Virus record (IMG/VR): IMGVR_UViG_3300025603_000008 | Length of the DNA: 64,000 bases | DNA from: an uncultured virus (IMG/VR IMGVR_UViG_3300025603_000008) | Taxonomy: Duplodnaviria > Heunggongvirae > Uroviricota > Caudoviricetes | Reading direction: 5' to 3' (one strand) | Shown here: positions 20,065-30,395 of the stretch, one piece after another | Position numbering within the stretch: the stretch's first letter is position 1 | Layout: each line of letters starts with the position of its first letter | Notes under the pieces: model-generated | Told to the model about the DNA's origin: nothing | The model's database searches: none | Seen by the model: the letters and a program-made list of their open reading frames with translations, nothing else | Made by a program: the position numbers and the translations under genes

Positions 20065-20099
20065 TTCATCCCAGTAAACAAAACGAACTCATAAAGAGC

Positions 20100-20555
20100 A
20101 TGAAACAAGACGGTATATTTCTCAACGCATTACAACTAGACTTCGAGCAAGGATTCGAAGCGGTTCAAGAATTCTTTCTCAAGATGGGGATTCTTCAAAA
20201 CCTCTTCGAGTTTGACCGAATAGAAGGAGAATGCGACAACCACGCAGTCAACTTATGCTTTTTCCTCAATGGAGACTTTGTATTCGGAATCAATGGAGTA
20301 TATATGTCAGACGATACAATGCCCGTTCAGATTGGTGATGGATTAGACAAGAAAGTTGAAATGAACTTTCATCCATTTGGGGCAATGGGAGGATTCGATG
20401 AAAAGAGATTCGAGTTTGAAGCAAAAGAAGCGAATCATTTGTATCACGCAATCACATTTACATTGCCAGATGAAGAGCTTTTGTCCATGCGAGGGAATCC
20501 ACTGCACACAGCAGTTGAAGTTGTAGACGGAAAGTATAGAACTTTGTGTAATTAA
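20100..20555 (+). CDS. hypothetical protein
   Basis: Start set by motif 20066. Confidence 0.75.
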   Translation: MKQDGIFLNALQLDFEQGFEAVQEFFLKMGILQNLFEFDRIEGECDNHAVNLCFFLNGDFVFGINGVYMSDDTMPVQIGDGLDKKVEMNFHPFGAMGGFDEKRFEFEAKEANHLYHAITFTLPDEELLSMRGNPLHTAVEVVDGKYRTLCN

Positions 20556-20592
20556 ATTTCATCCTAACTCTCCCTTTGAACTCATAAGAAGC

Positions 20593-20913
20593 ATGGAACA
20601 AGATAACCCAGTAACAGACGTAGTATTCAGAGCAGACAAATCAGGAGATTTCAAAGATGTAGTATTTGCCATGCTGCCGCACGAAGTCGATGACCGCAAC
20701 GGACACGTTACAAGTTACCAGCACGTAGGGCAACATAGTTCAGCAAATTACGTTGGCTGCATTGCTGACTCAAGACCAGCAACAGAAGCGGAGTATTCCG
20801 ATTTGAAAGCAGAGATGGAAAACTTGGGTTACAACCTCAACGTGGTTCAAAAGCAGAACACAGATAAATACATTGCATCATGGGATGCAGTACGTAAAAT
20901 GCTTGGTAGTTAA
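20593..20913 (+). CDS. conserved phage protein (Y.HVGQHS motif), paralog of 23409
   Basis: Motif-led, high identity to 23409..23729. Confidence 0.8.
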   Translation: MEQDNPVTDVVFRADKSGDFKDVVFAMLPHEVDDRNGHVTSYQHVGQHSSANYVGCIADSRPATEAEYSDLKAEMENLGYNLNVVQKQNTDKYIASWDAVRKMLGS

Positions 20914-20948
20914 TTCATCCTAACTCTCCCTTGTGACTCATAAGGGGC

Positions 20949-21242
20949 ATGGCAGATACGAACGACTTTAAAGACCCTATCACGGGCAAGATTGATTGGA
21001 AGGCTTACGACAAAGCACACCAACAAGAGCAAATGGATGAATTGGTAGCGATGGGATTTAGACCCAAGCTAACAGAGAATCAAGTGTATGTGATTATGGA
21101 GCCATCAGAGGCTCCAGAGAACTACGCTTGCGATGGAGAAATCTCTCCCTCACAAATGAAAACCAGATGGTTGTCGAGCTTGCAAAGAGCGGGACTGACA
21201 CCACAAGAAATAAAACTAGCTAGGAAGCTGAATGGGATTTGA
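20949..21242 (+). CDS. hypothetical protein
   Basis: Motif-led. Confidence 0.75.
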   Translation: MADTNDFKDPITGKIDWKAYDKAHQQEQMDELVAMGFRPKLTENQVYVIMEPSEAPENYACDGEISPSQMKTRWLSSLQRAGLTPQEIKLARKLNGI

Positions 21243-21282
21243 GAAATCTCATCCTATTCACCCTAGCGCACTCATTGAAATC

Positions 21283-21357
21283 ATGAAAACATTAAAGAGG
21301 ATAGAAGAATGGTTCAACCGCAAATTCGGTTGGTTCTTTCGGAACGGAATGAAATAA
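21283..21357 (+). CDS. 24-aa peptide MKTLKRIEEWFNRKFGWFFRNGMK
   Basis: ATG 7 nt after motif 21249. Confidence 0.55.
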   Translation: MKTLKRIEEWFNRKFGWFFRNGMK

Positions 21358-21475
21358 TCAGTTACAAATTAAAACCGCCACAGCCCGACGTGGAGGAAGA
21401 TGGCACTTCCGCTGTTTATTTTTCATCCCAACTCTCCCTTTGAACTCATTGAGGGTATAACAAAGCAAAGCAACA

Positions 21476-21868
21476 ATGAAAAAACTCAATACACTATTAG
21501 CATTCATGATAGACAACGGAACAAACTTGTCTTACAATGATGCAGGACAAAAGCAATTCGAGAAGTTGTCGAAGGCAGCACTACGTGAATTGGCAGCACA
21601 ACTTCCTTTTACAGAAGTGAAAGTATCTTTCAATAAAGGCGGAATTGCAGTCTCAGGAGACGCCCACTTAATGGGAATGTTTGACAACGGCACGGGCTTG
21701 TACATTACGCTCAGTGAACCATCATTCAGCGGAGGAGCAATGACGTTCTTGTATCGTACCATTACACACATGAAAGACTATTCAGGTGGAATGAACAACT
21801 ACATGAACAACTCAGATATTGAGAATGAAACAGTAGTAAGACGAATCAAAAACCTCTGCCAATTGTAG
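21476..21868 (+). CDS. conserved phage protein (NxGGIAVSGD motif), paralog of 32872
   Basis: Shared motif with 32872..33267. Confidence 0.8.
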   Translation: MKKLNTLLAFMIDNGTNLSYNDAGQKQFEKLSKAALRELAAQLPFTEVKVSFNKGGIAVSGDAHLMGMFDNGTGLYITLSEPSFSGGAMTFLYRTITHMKDYSGGMNNYMNNSDIENETVVRRIKNLCQL

Positions 21869-21911
21869 CAGAGTTTTTCATCCCAACAAGAACAGCCGAC
21901 TCATTAAGGTT

Positions 21912-22256
21912 ATGACAGCAGACAAAATCAAATTAGTAGTGGCAGAAGGTAACACTCTTGGGTACATTCTCCCTCAGTTACCAAACTACCTTTGCATTCT
22001 TCAAGCGAGCATCCTTAAAGGCTCTCGTTTCTCTAATTCGAGTGGTAGTGTCAATTTGCCAAAAGAATGGCGTCTTGCCTCTATAAAGGACTTTGAGGAC
22101 TTCAACTTCAGCATTAAAGGCTACATTGAATGCGGAGACTATGAATTCGACACCTCTTACCAATCAGTAATGGAGAAAGAAGCTAGATTCAAAACAGTCT
22201 GGAACACAACCACAAAGAATTGGGAAACAGATTTCTCACAACCTTTTTTATTCTAA
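21912..22256 (+). CDS. hypothetical protein, paralog of 28653
   Basis: IKLVVA.G.TLGYILP shared. Confidence 0.8.
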   Translation: MTADKIKLVVAEGNTLGYILPQLPNYLCILQASILKGSRFSNSSGSVNLPKEWRLASIKDFEDFNFSIKGYIECGDYEFDTSYQSVMEKEARFKTVWNTTTKNWETDFSQPFLF

Positions 22257-22292
22257 TCTCATCCCAAAGAATACAACCGACTCATAAGAGAC

Positions 22293-23120
22293 ATGGCAGC
22301 AATAGCAGAGCAAACAGTAGAAGATTTTAAGGCATTCGTGAACTCAGATACATTTGAGGATTTCAGAATGCTTTACTATGCAGCAAAAGGAGAATTTCCA
22401 AAGACAGTAGGAGACGTATTGGATGCAATCTCAGATAAGACAATCACACCAAGAGATTTATTTGATGAAAGCTTCAACTCAAAAGGATTCACCGAGGAAC
22501 AAGAAGACTACTGGTTATCCAACCTAGACTTGTTTGATTACGACTGTTATTATCCGCCAGTAGAAAAACAGCTTCAAGCAGATTCGTGTTGGATTAAAGT
22601 CAAAACTGAAACTGGATTCCAATTACACTTGGCAAGAAAAGCCACAAGAAAGTTCAACTTCAACCAATTGGCAACATCAGCCACAATCGCCTATACAAAG
22701 GAATTGAGCAAGATGGACATTTCTGACGAAGGTTCAGCAAAAGTATCCAAGAAGCAACTGGATGCCACGTTCAAGCAAGTTAGAGCAGTTATTGGACTTC
22801 AACCATACGAATTATGGTATTGGAGAACAAAGACCCAAAAAGCATACGTGACTCCAAACGAGTACGAAATAATTGACATCCAAGAGTGGGTTGACTACGT
22901 ACAAGATAAGCACCTCAAAGGCGTGTTGACTGTACGCTCCCTATTCACGGCAAAGAATCAAGACAAGATATTCTATTTGCAATCAAGAGGAATCTCTTTG
23001 GAGGTGGCAAAGATATTCGCCAACCTTGACCAATGTTACTTTGACTTCAACATGGTCTTGGGAATGGATATTGTAAACGAGGAAATGAAGCAAGCTTTCT
23101 CATCCCAATTATCCCTCTGA
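22293..23120 (+). CDS. hypothetical protein with SufBD-like C-terminal motif, paralog of 31549
   Basis: IFYLQSRGISLEVAK. C-terminus SSQLSL encoded by next motif. Confidence 0.8.
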   Translation: MAAIAEQTVEDFKAFVNSDTFEDFRMLYYAAKGEFPKTVGDVLDAISDKTITPRDLFDESFNSKGFTEEQEDYWLSNLDLFDYDCYYPPVEKQLQADSCWIKVKTETGFQLHLARKATRKFNFNQLATSATIAYTKELSKMDISDEGSAKVSKKQLDATFKQVRAVIGLQPYELWYWRTKTQKAYVTPNEYEIIDIQEWVDYVQDKHLKGVLTVRSLFTAKNQDKIFYLQSRGISLEVAKIFANLDQCYFDFNMVLGMDIVNEEMKQAFSSQLSL

Positions 23121-23146
23121 ACTCATAAGGCACAAATCAAAACACA

Positions 23147-23368
23147 ATGGGACTTACAAAAGCACAAAAGCATAACAGAATGATAAATAATACATTCGAT
23201 TTTTATAAAAAACACCAAGCGTCTAAACCATCTAAAATCTTGTATGATAGGTTTTTGGAAATATCCGAAGAAAAATTAGGCATAACAAAAGATGAAGCAG
23301 AGAACAAATATGGACTTTATACCGTAGCCGAATGGGAAAAACTACTAAATCTAGGATGGAACTCTTAA
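23147..23368 (+). CDS. hypothetical protein
   Basis: Motif 23100 upstream. Confidence 0.7.
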   Translation: MGLTKAQKHNRMINNTFDFYKKHQASKPSKILYDRFLEISEEKLGITKDEAENKYGLYTVAEWEKLLNLGWNS

Positions 23369-23408
23369 AGTTTTTCATCCCAACTCTCCCTTTGAACTCA
23401 TAAGAAGC

Positions 23409-23729
23409 ATGGAACAAGATAGAGAAGCAACAGACGTAATTTTCCGAGCAGAAAAATCAGGAGAATTTAAAGGCACAGTGTACGCAATGATGCCACACGA
23501 ATGCAATGACCGCAACGGGAACGTAACGAGTTACCAGCACGTTGGGCAACATTCCTCAGCAAACTACGTTGGCTGCATCGAATCTAGCCGACCAGCGACT
23601 TCGTCAGAATACAAAGATTTGAAAGCTGAATTGGAAGAGCGTGGGTACAACGTGAACGTGGTTAACAAGCAGAATCGAGACAAGTTCGTAGCTAGTTGGG
23701 ATTCAGTATGCAAAAATCTTGGGAGTTAA
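23409..23729 (+). CDS. paralog of 20593
   Basis: Motif-led. Confidence 0.8.
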   Translation: MEQDREATDVIFRAEKSGEFKGTVYAMMPHECNDRNGNVTSYQHVGQHSSANYVGCIESSRPATSSEYKDLKAELEERGYNVNVVNKQNRDKFVASWDSVCKNLGS

Positions 23730-23764
23730 CTCATTCCAAACTCTCCCTTTGACTCATAGGGGGT

Positions 23765-24265
23765 ATGGAAGCAACACGAAAAGTAAATTTAGAAAATTTA
23801 GCCAACTCACTGTTAAAGGAATGGGGGTTAACAAAGAAAGGTTGGGTGTTTGTTTGGGGCAATAAGAAGCGTTCTTTTGGCACTTGCAGACCAAGCAGAA
23901 AAGTGATAGAGTTGCATAGTTTTTTGCTTCCAACAATAAACGACGAAGCGGCAGAGGACACAATACGCCACGAAATCGCCCATGCGCTAGATTTTGAGCA
24001 AAGAGGAAAGTCTGACCATAGTTACAAATGGAAAGCTTGGGCAATTAAAGTTGGTGCTGACCCCACTAGAACAAAGAGCCATGACAACTACGAAGCACTA
24101 GTTGTGAAATCTAACCAAAGCAAGTACAGATTGGTTTGCCCAAATGGGCACGTATTTCCAAGTCACAGAAAAGAGAAGAAAAATAAACGTTCAATAGCTT
24201 GTTGTGTAATTTGCCACAAAGACAACAAAGGTTACATAAAGTTGAAACAAGAGCAAAACTATTAA
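23765..24265 (+). CDS. SprT-like zinc metalloprotease
   Basis: HEIAH, H...WK....VGA, C-terminal Cys knuckles. Confidence 0.85.
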   Translation: MEATRKVNLENLANSLLKEWGLTKKGWVFVWGNKKRSFGTCRPSRKVIELHSFLLPTINDEAAEDTIRHEIAHALDFEQRGKSDHSYKWKAWAIKVGADPTRTKSHDNYEALVVKSNQSKYRLVCPNGHVFPSHRKEKKNKRSIACCVICHKDNKGYIKLKQEQNY

Positions 24266-24269
24266 AGGC

Positions 24270-24422
24270 ATGACAATTCCAGAAGTAAAACAACTTATTG
24301 AAAGCGTATCAACGCATTCGAAAGAATCCATTAGGGGCATAGCATCTAGTTTGCCAATATTCGATGCGTGCAACTTTGTGGTGTGGTTAGAAAAAATGAA
24401 AGGAATAAAAATTGGCATTTAA
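24270..24422 (+). CDS. 50-aa hypothetical protein (not in ORF track)
   Basis: Fills gap, stop abuts motif 24424. Confidence 0.55.
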   Translation: MTIPEVKQLIESVSTHSKESIRGIASSLPIFDACNFVVWLEKMKGIKIGI

Positions 24423-24457
24423 CTCATCCCACTGGCTCTCCCTAACTCATAAAGATT

Positions 24458-24760
24458 ATGAAACAAGAACAAATACAATATGAGATTGAATTCAAAACCA
24501 TCGTCACAGACCCAGACTGTAATCAAACGTGCAAACAGGTAGGCGTGAATGTGTTTGAGTTCGAAGAAGACCGAGAAGTCAATCCAGAAACAAAAGAAGT
24601 TGAACGATTCACTGCGACCATAGACCTGAACGAATACACTCAAAAAGAAATGTTTAAAGACGTAGAAGGGTTCGGATATTCATTCAACGAAATGTGTACA
24701 TGGATTGACGAAGGAAAAAATCTACCATTGATTGCTGAATGTATTTTTGAAATGCTTTAA
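24458..24760 (+). CDS. hypothetical protein
   Basis: Motif-led. Confidence 0.75.
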   Translation: MKQEQIQYEIEFKTIVTDPDCNQTCKQVGVNVFEFEEDREVNPETKEVERFTATIDLNEYTQKEMFKDVEGFGYSFNEMCTWIDEGKNLPLIAECIFEML

Positions 24761-24795
24761 CTCATCCCACTGGCTCTCCCTAACTCATAGAAGGC

Positions 24796-25083
24796 ATGAA
24801 CAAATCAGAACACAGTTACAAAGGACACCCGCTAGAGTTGAAAACAACAACGCTAGTAAAGTGCAATGACGACACGAGGAATCCAGATATAGGTCAGGTC
24901 GAAGCGTGGGTGAAGAAAGGTCACTGTTACTGGGCGAAGAATTTACAAGGCTCAGGTATGTACCAAGACGATGTTGTTATGGACTTGTTTGACAAGAACC
25001 ACAAAGCAGTAATACCAAACGAAACCTATCAAAAGTGGAAGGGAAGCCGCTTTTTCCCACTCGCAACTATTTGCTTAAACTAG
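24796..25083 (+). CDS. hypothetical protein
   Basis: Motif-led. Confidence 0.75.
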   Translation: MNKSEHSYKGHPLELKTTTLVKCNDDTRNPDIGQVEAWVKKGHCYWAKNLQGSGMYQDDVVMDLFDKNHKAVIPNETYQKWKGSRFFPLATICLN

Positions 25084-25087
25084 ACCA

Positions 25088-25387
25088 ATGACACAAGAGA
25101 TAAACGCAGTCATTCAGTTAAAAACCTCTATTGTAGATAGGGCAATAATTAACTCAAAAGTTCATAAATGCTTTGGTGGAAACTTTAAAATCAATTCCAT
25201 TGATGTAAACAAAGGCTTTGTAGAAGCCATTATCAAGATAAACGTCACAACACAAGCGCACGCTTCCCTAGGGAATGTGGAAGTAGTTGAGAATCTTCTG
25301 AAAATCGTTGAAAGGAATCCGTTTATATCAATTGAGAATAAGGTTCTCTCCCTCAGAGAAGAGGCTGAAATTTATGGCAACGTATAA
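25088..25387 (+). CDS. hypothetical protein
   Basis: Coupled ORF. Confidence 0.7.
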   Translation: MTQEINAVIQLKTSIVDRAIINSKVHKCFGGNFKINSIDVNKGFVEAIIKINVTTQAHASLGNVEVVENLLKIVERNPFISIENKVLSLREEAEIYGNV

Positions 25388-25422
25388 TTCATCCTAAAAG
25401 CTATCAATGACTCATAAGAAGC

Positions 25423-25809
25423 ATGGGAAAAAAAACAATATCAAAACGACTTACCAATCAGCAACTTGAAGACCAGTTTATCACTGCCTATGAAGGCGGG
25501 AGTAACCATTGGTGTGGGCTATCAAACGAAGCCTTAGCAGATGCTCGCTCAAAGTACAAATCTGAAATTCGCAACTGTCCATCAGAGTATCTTTGGGATG
25601 CAGTTCTAGCGGGAGAAAGTGTAACCTTCTACGATGCAGAAGACGAAGAGACGACTTGGGTATTGAACTTGGAAAAGGTCGTGGCGGGTACAGAGAAGAT
25701 GTATGAAGACTTCACAGACCATTATGCTGACGCAGCAGCAGACCAAGGAGACGCTTTCACAGCAGACGTATGGCTTCAGCTTTGCCTTTTAGATGATGTT
25801 GTCTATTAA
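25423..25809 (+). CDS. acidic conserved phage protein
   Basis: Motif-led, EGG.N.W...D...AD...Q......VY pattern. Confidence 0.8.
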   Translation: MGKKTISKRLTNQQLEDQFITAYEGGSNHWCGLSNEALADARSKYKSEIRNCPSEYLWDAVLAGESVTFYDAEDEETTWVLNLEKVVAGTEKMYEDFTDHYADAAADQGDAFTADVWLQLCLLDDVVY

Positions 25810-25911
25810 AAGGAAACACTGGCCTGGCTTCTCTCTTATTAACGAGAAGCTAGGCTAGTCTTTCTCATCCTAAAAGCTATCAATAACTCATAAGAAGCAT
25901 AAACAACAGAT

Positions 25912-26253
25912 ATGAAGTTCGATTTTTACATATGCAAAGAAGGAAAAGAGGCGAATACAATTCAAGCAGTCTCTTTTGAGTTCCGAGGAAAACAGCAATG
26001 TTCAAGCGACATACGCAGTTTCATGAGAACAGAAGGTGATACAAGCGTTCATTTTCGTGAAACATCCGATACAAGCTATTTCCAAGATTTGATGGACAAA
26101 ACTGTTAAAAAAATAGGCGATGAAGAAGGGTTCAACGCGAAGGTAACTATTGACATTCCTATCGAAAAAATCACTATTGACCACAAGCCGTTTATGATAT
26201 CTGGAATTTATATCCCAAAAGAACTCATCCCAGCTTTGAAAGCCAACTCATAA
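25912..26253 (+). CDS. hypothetical protein
   Basis: Motif upstream, end encoded by next motif. Confidence 0.7.
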   Translation: MKFDFYICKEGKEANTIQAVSFEFRGKQQCSSDIRSFMRTEGDTSVHFRETSDTSYFQDLMDKTVKKIGDEEGFNAKVTIDIPIEKITIDHKPFMISGIYIPKELIPALKANS

Positions 26254-26313
26254 AGAGTATGGAAGGCAGAGCAGCAAAGCAAGCCGATTCAATGACATCA
26301 AATCTGTAACATC

Positions 26314-26586
26314 ATGAAAGCAACCCTATCCTATTACTTGCATACCTCAATGAATCTTGAATGGGCAAAGCACAATTTCGGAAACAAAGACGCCATTCTT
26401 ACTTTGGATTGTTGCGATAAAGACCAAAACACAATATTGATTCAAACAGTTGTGGAGATTGACCCAGAAAGCCCTTTGGATGCAGTTAATGCCTATAGGG
26501 AAGAGACCGCAGAAGACGTTGACATTTATACGCTCGCATGGCGCGGGCGCAGATTCACAGAAGAAGACGAGGAAGAACTCGCATAA
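26314..26586 (+). CDS. acidic hypothetical protein
   Basis: ORF. Confidence 0.7.
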   Translation: MKATLSYYLHTSMNLEWAKHNFGNKDAILTLDCCDKDQNTILIQTVVEIDPESPLDAVNAYREETAEDVDIYTLAWRGRRFTEEDEEELA

Positions 26587-26799
26587 AGACATTAGTGTTG
26601 CTTCGCTAAAGAAAGCCCTTGTACTGGAGAAATCTGGTTCGGGGCTTTCTAACTTCAGTCATTGTTTTCTCATCCTAGTTCGGGGGTTCGACTCATTCCT
26701 TATGGAAAACCGTTTCATGAAGAGCTTTGTTGGTTGTTTGTTTTTCCATCCTCGAAAGACAAGTTAACTCATAAGAGAAGAACAGCAAACAAAAGCAAC

Positions 26800-27609
26800 A
26801 TGACAAAATCTTCAAAATTAATCCCAACAAAGCCCGTTGTTATTATTGACATGGTAAAAGAGTCTAAAGATTGGGACAAGTTTAAATTTTTATCAGGAAC
26901 AAATCGCGACGTTGACCTGAAAAGAGCGCAAGCAATAGCTGTTTCGATTGCATTGTGGGGCTGGCAAAACTTCTTGACCGTCATAGCAACACGCGCATTT
27001 AGCGACGACGGCAGTCTTGAATACTATATTGTAGATGGACAGCACCGACTTTTTGCGGTAAAACAACTTCGACTTCCTTACAACTATATTATAGTTGAGT
27101 TTGAAAACGAAGACGATGATTCTAAAGAAAATGTTGTCAAGTACATGGCACATTTGAATAGTGTTTCTAAAACATGGTGTCCAATGGAATACGTCAAAGC
27201 CTATTGTTCCTTGAATGACCCAAAATTTCGTGACTACCTTGTATTCGCTGAAACAATGGAACAAAACAGCTTAATCGCTACGACCGTACTTTGTTTGTAC
27301 ACAAGGCTTCAAAGCTTTAAGGCTGCAAGTTCGTTCTACGACGGGGGCTTCACAATCGAAAACAAAAATGAGTCTCGTGAAATGCTTGAATCGCTTTTAG
27401 ACGTTCGTCAATATATTCCTCCATTGGCACGTGTTCAAACTGAGTTTATCGAAATGGTACGCCAGTTGAAATTCAACGGCAAAATCGAAAACTACTCTGA
27501 GGTTGTTACGGCGGTAAAAGGTCGAATGAAGTCAGGTGGAGAAGATTTTCCCGCTGACAAAAAAGAGTTCAAAATATCATTTGGCAAGTTCCTGAAAAAG
27601 ATGTTCTAA
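26800..27609 (+). CDS. ParB/Srx N-terminal (DGQHR) domain protein
   Basis: NR.V...IVDGQHRL.A motif. Start reset downstream of motif 26746. Confidence 0.8.
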   Translation: MTKSSKLIPTKPVVIIDMVKESKDWDKFKFLSGTNRDVDLKRAQAIAVSIALWGWQNFLTVIATRAFSDDGSLEYYIVDGQHRLFAVKQLRLPYNYIIVEFENEDDDSKENVVKYMAHLNSVSKTWCPMEYVKAYCSLNDPKFRDYLVFAETMEQNSLIATTVLCLYTRLQSFKAASSFYDGGFTIENKNESREMLESLLDVRQYIPPLARVQTEFIEMVRQLKFNGKIENYSEVVTAVKGRMKSGGEDFPADKKEFKISFGKFLKKMF

Positions 27610-27685
27610 AATACCCTACGAAAAAGCCTCTCAGAAATGTGGGGCTTTTTTTCATCCTACAAACTCTCCCTAACTCATAAAGGTT

Positions 27686-27832
27686 ATGAAAGAACTGTTA
27701 AACGAGTTGTATATACTGAGGGAAATTGAATTGCTTGGCAAATTAAGCGAGAAGCAAAGCGAAAGATATTTAGAAATCGTTGAGCTATGCAATGTTAACG
27801 ATATCGAAATTCCTTTTGGGATAGAAATATAA
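27686..27832 (+). CDS. 48-aa hypothetical protein (not in ORF track)
   Basis: ATG 7 nt after motif 27652. Confidence 0.65.
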   Translation: MKELLNELYILREIELLGKLSEKQSERYLEIVELCNVNDIEIPFGIEI

Positions 27833-27887
27833 TTCATCCCAACACCAATAGCCGACTCATACAAGTCCACAAGCAAAAAAACAAAAC

Positions 27888-28061
27888 ATGGCTAACAACT
27901 TAAAAGAACTTCACTTGACCGAAGAAGACTTAGAAGCAATCGAACTAAATGCAGGACGAGGAGCGCATCATTCAATGATGAACAACTCTAGTGTAAAAGG
28001 AGGAGCAAGAAAGTCAAAGAAAGCCTACGACCGTAAACGCCAAAAGAAAGAATGGCAATAA
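27888..28061 (+). CDS. 57-aa protein with basic tail KSKKAYDRKRQKK (not in ORF track)
   Basis: Downstream of motif 27834. Confidence 0.65.
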   Translation: MANNLKELHLTEEDLEAIELNAGRGAHHSMMNNSSVKGGARKSKKAYDRKRQKKEWQ

Positions 28062-28157
28062 ACTTTAGGGCTTTTTCATCCTAACAAGAATACGCAACTC
28101 ATACCAATCCAAGACAGTAACAAACGGCATAAGCCAAAACCCTTAAAACCCCTTTAC

Positions 28158-28559
28158 ATGAAAAATTACATTTCAATTATCTTTTGCACCTTCGCCCTTT
28201 TGCTGGCTTCGGTTTCAAGCGCAAGCGAATTAGACCTGAAACAATACGATGCAATTTGCGTTGTCGATTGCGAAGCCTCTAATGGCTTTATAGCAAACGC
28301 CCCTGTGACTTGCCCAATGCCAGTAATGGCTTCGGTTACTAGTCCGAATGTGTTTACACCCGTTAACGCGCCAGTTTACGTGGATTCTGGGAAAGAAAGC
28401 ACCAACGTCCTACTTTTAGAAACGAACTTTACAAAAAAGGGAAAGCGCACAAAAGGAAAGGCAAAGCGAAAGGCAAAGCGAAACCGAAATACGCGAACCA
28501 ATAAAGGCTTGTTTCCTGGGAGCAAAGCACCCCGAAAAAAGTGTGATGCCTACAATTAA
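28158..28559 (+). CDS. signal-peptide protein with basic C-terminus
   Basis: Signal peptide, K/R-rich tail. Confidence 0.7.
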   Translation: MKNYISIIFCTFALLLASVSSASELDLKQYDAICVVDCEASNGFIANAPVTCPMPVMASVTSPNVFTPVNAPVYVDSGKESTNVLLLETNFTKKGKRTKGKAKRKAKRNRNTRTNKGLFPGSKAPRKKCDAYN

Positions 28560-28586
28560 AAAGCTTAGATTGGTATGAGACTAAAG

Positions 28587-28619
28587 AAAAGCCCGTTCAA
28601 TATTGAACGGGCTTTTTTT
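28587..28619 (+). terminator. intrinsic terminator
   Basis: aaaagcccgttcaatattgaacgggcttttttt. Confidence 0.8.
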
Positions 28620-28652
28620 CATCCTACAAACTCTCCCTAACTCATTGGAATT

Positions 28653-28925
28653 ATGGCAACAGACAGAATAAAATTGGTAGTAGCAAAAGGACACACTTTA
28701 GGCTATATTTTACCTGAACTCCCTCGGTTTCTTTGCGTGTTACACACAAGCATTTTAAAGGGGTCTAGTTACTCTTACTGGGCAGGTAGTGTTATGTTGC
28801 CAAAGGATTGGCGATTGGCTTCTCCTGAAGACTTTAATGACTTCAATCACTCTTTTGAAGGGTATGAAGACGATTCAGTATATGAGTTCGACAACTCATC
28901 CCAGCTCTCTCTTTTAACTCATTAG
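28653..28925 (+). CDS. paralog of 21912
   Basis: Motif-led, C-terminus encoded by next motif. Confidence 0.8.
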   Translation: MATDRIKLVVAKGHTLGYILPELPRFLCVLHTSILKGSSYSYWAGSVMLPKDWRLASPEDFNDFNHSFEGYEDDSVYEFDNSSQLSLLTH

Positions 28926-28945
28926 AAGAGAATAACACAAGCACT

Positions 28946-29197
28946 ATGGAAACTACACGAGAATTAGCAAGCGTCAGACTGGGTGAAAACCTACATAAAA
29001 TTGTAAAAGTGGCTTTGATTACTTACAACAAGCAAACGCCTTTCTACAGAAAGTGTAACACCAGAAGTATGCACATTCAAAAAGTTGTGGAACAGTTTTT
29101 CCAAGGCTTTTACAGGGAAGTTCAACTAGAACAACTATCTTTAGAATCAGTGAAAAGCACGAAGGAACACTCTTTTTTTGCACTCCAAGTTGTGTAA
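28946..29197 (+). CDS. hypothetical protein
   Basis: Motif upstream. Confidence 0.7.
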   Translation: METTRELASVRLGENLHKIVKVALITYNKQTPFYRKCNTRSMHIQKVVEQFFQGFYREVQLEQLSLESVKSTKEHSFFALQVV

Positions 29198-29277
29198 TAA
29201 TGTTATGAAATGTAGGGGTGCTAGATACAGGATACATAAAAAAACTGTAAATGAAAGGCTAGTAAATGTGGTAACCG

Positions 29278-29952
29278 AAAGACACAGCCCCTATATATTT
29301 TATACATTGTCAGCATTAGTACGTAAAGAGTGGGTAAAAGACACGTATTAATTGCTTAATTCATCCCAACAAGAGTAACCGACTCATAAGAGGTGTAAAC
29401 AAAAAGAGAAAGCATGGAAGGAGTACAAAATTATAATCACTTGAAGCATTACTTTTTTCATTTAAATTCTCCATACGCATGGGGCATAGGAATGGAAAAC
29501 GCAACGAAAGGTAAACTTTTTGCTGAATTTGAAGAAATTCTTGACTTAACAGGTTTGGAAGTTGTTCAAAAAAGCAATCCGAAATCTACTGGAGGAGCTT
29601 GCCCAATAGCATGGGGAGGCGAGAACTACCTCTATTGTCACCCGATGAGCATTTCAGGGTACTTGACCGAAGAGATGTTTGAGAAGACAAAGCAAGTAAT
29701 TGAAAACTTCCAAAGCAATATATTCTCTGTTCGCTCAATCGAGCAGCATGACGTGAAGCCTTACGGAGTGAAAGATATTCAAAGAAATTTGGAGGAGTAT
29801 AAAAAAAGAATCAAAGACTCATCCCAACAAGAATAACCGACTCATAAGAGTTGTAAACAAAAGACACAGCCCCTATATATTTTATACATTGTCAGCATTA
29901 GTACGTAAAGAGTGGGTAAAAGACACGTATTAATTGTTTAACTCATCCCAAC
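29278..29952 (+). repeat. interleaved duplications around gene 29414 (about 93 bp at 29278/29860, about 43 bp at 29361/29819)
   Basis: Near-identical segments starting or ending at class I motifs. Confidence 0.8.
29414..29836 (+). CDS. hypothetical protein
   Basis: Motif upstream, stop inside next motif. Confidence 0.75.
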   Translation: MEGVQNYNHLKHYFFHLNSPYAWGIGMENATKGKLFAEFEEILDLTGLEVVQKSNPKSTGGACPIAWGGENYLYCHPMSISGYLTEEMFEKTKQVIENFQSNIFSVRSIEQHDVKPYGVKDIQRNLEEYKKRIKDSSQQE

Positions 29953-30017
29953 TCTCCCTCTTGACTCATTGATGATGTGGAAAAAGGAATAAGTTTAATA
30001 AGAAAAAAGATAAAGAA

Positions 30018-30269
30018 ATGTTTATAGAAACAGATGACATTAGCTTTTTGTCTACATTAAAAGAACACAAAGCTAAACAGGTGGTTATACACTATTGTTG
30101 TCAAAATTGCGATGATGAGCAAGTTACTTACGAAGAAGAGGTAACGGAAGAAATGATAAGCGATTTTGAAGAAAAAAAAGAACACATTATAGGGATTCCC
30201 TGTACCTCTTGTGGTGTAAATACTTTATACCTTAAGGAACCTATTATACAAGGAGTTGAATTAATGTAA
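30018..30269 (+). CDS. zinc-ribbon-like protein
   Basis: CQNC...CTSC. Confidence 0.65.
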   Translation: MFIETDDISFLSTLKEHKAKQVVIHYCCQNCDDEQVTYEEEVTEEMISDFEEKKEHIIGIPCTSCGVNTLYLKEPIIQGVELM

Positions 30270-30395
30270 CTCATCCCAACTCTCCCTCTTGACTCATTGA
30301 TGATATGGCAACGGTTTGGCAACGGTTTGGCTATGCACCGCAAAAACATAGCACAGTGTTTAATCTTAGAAAACCATTTATTAAAACACATTCAA

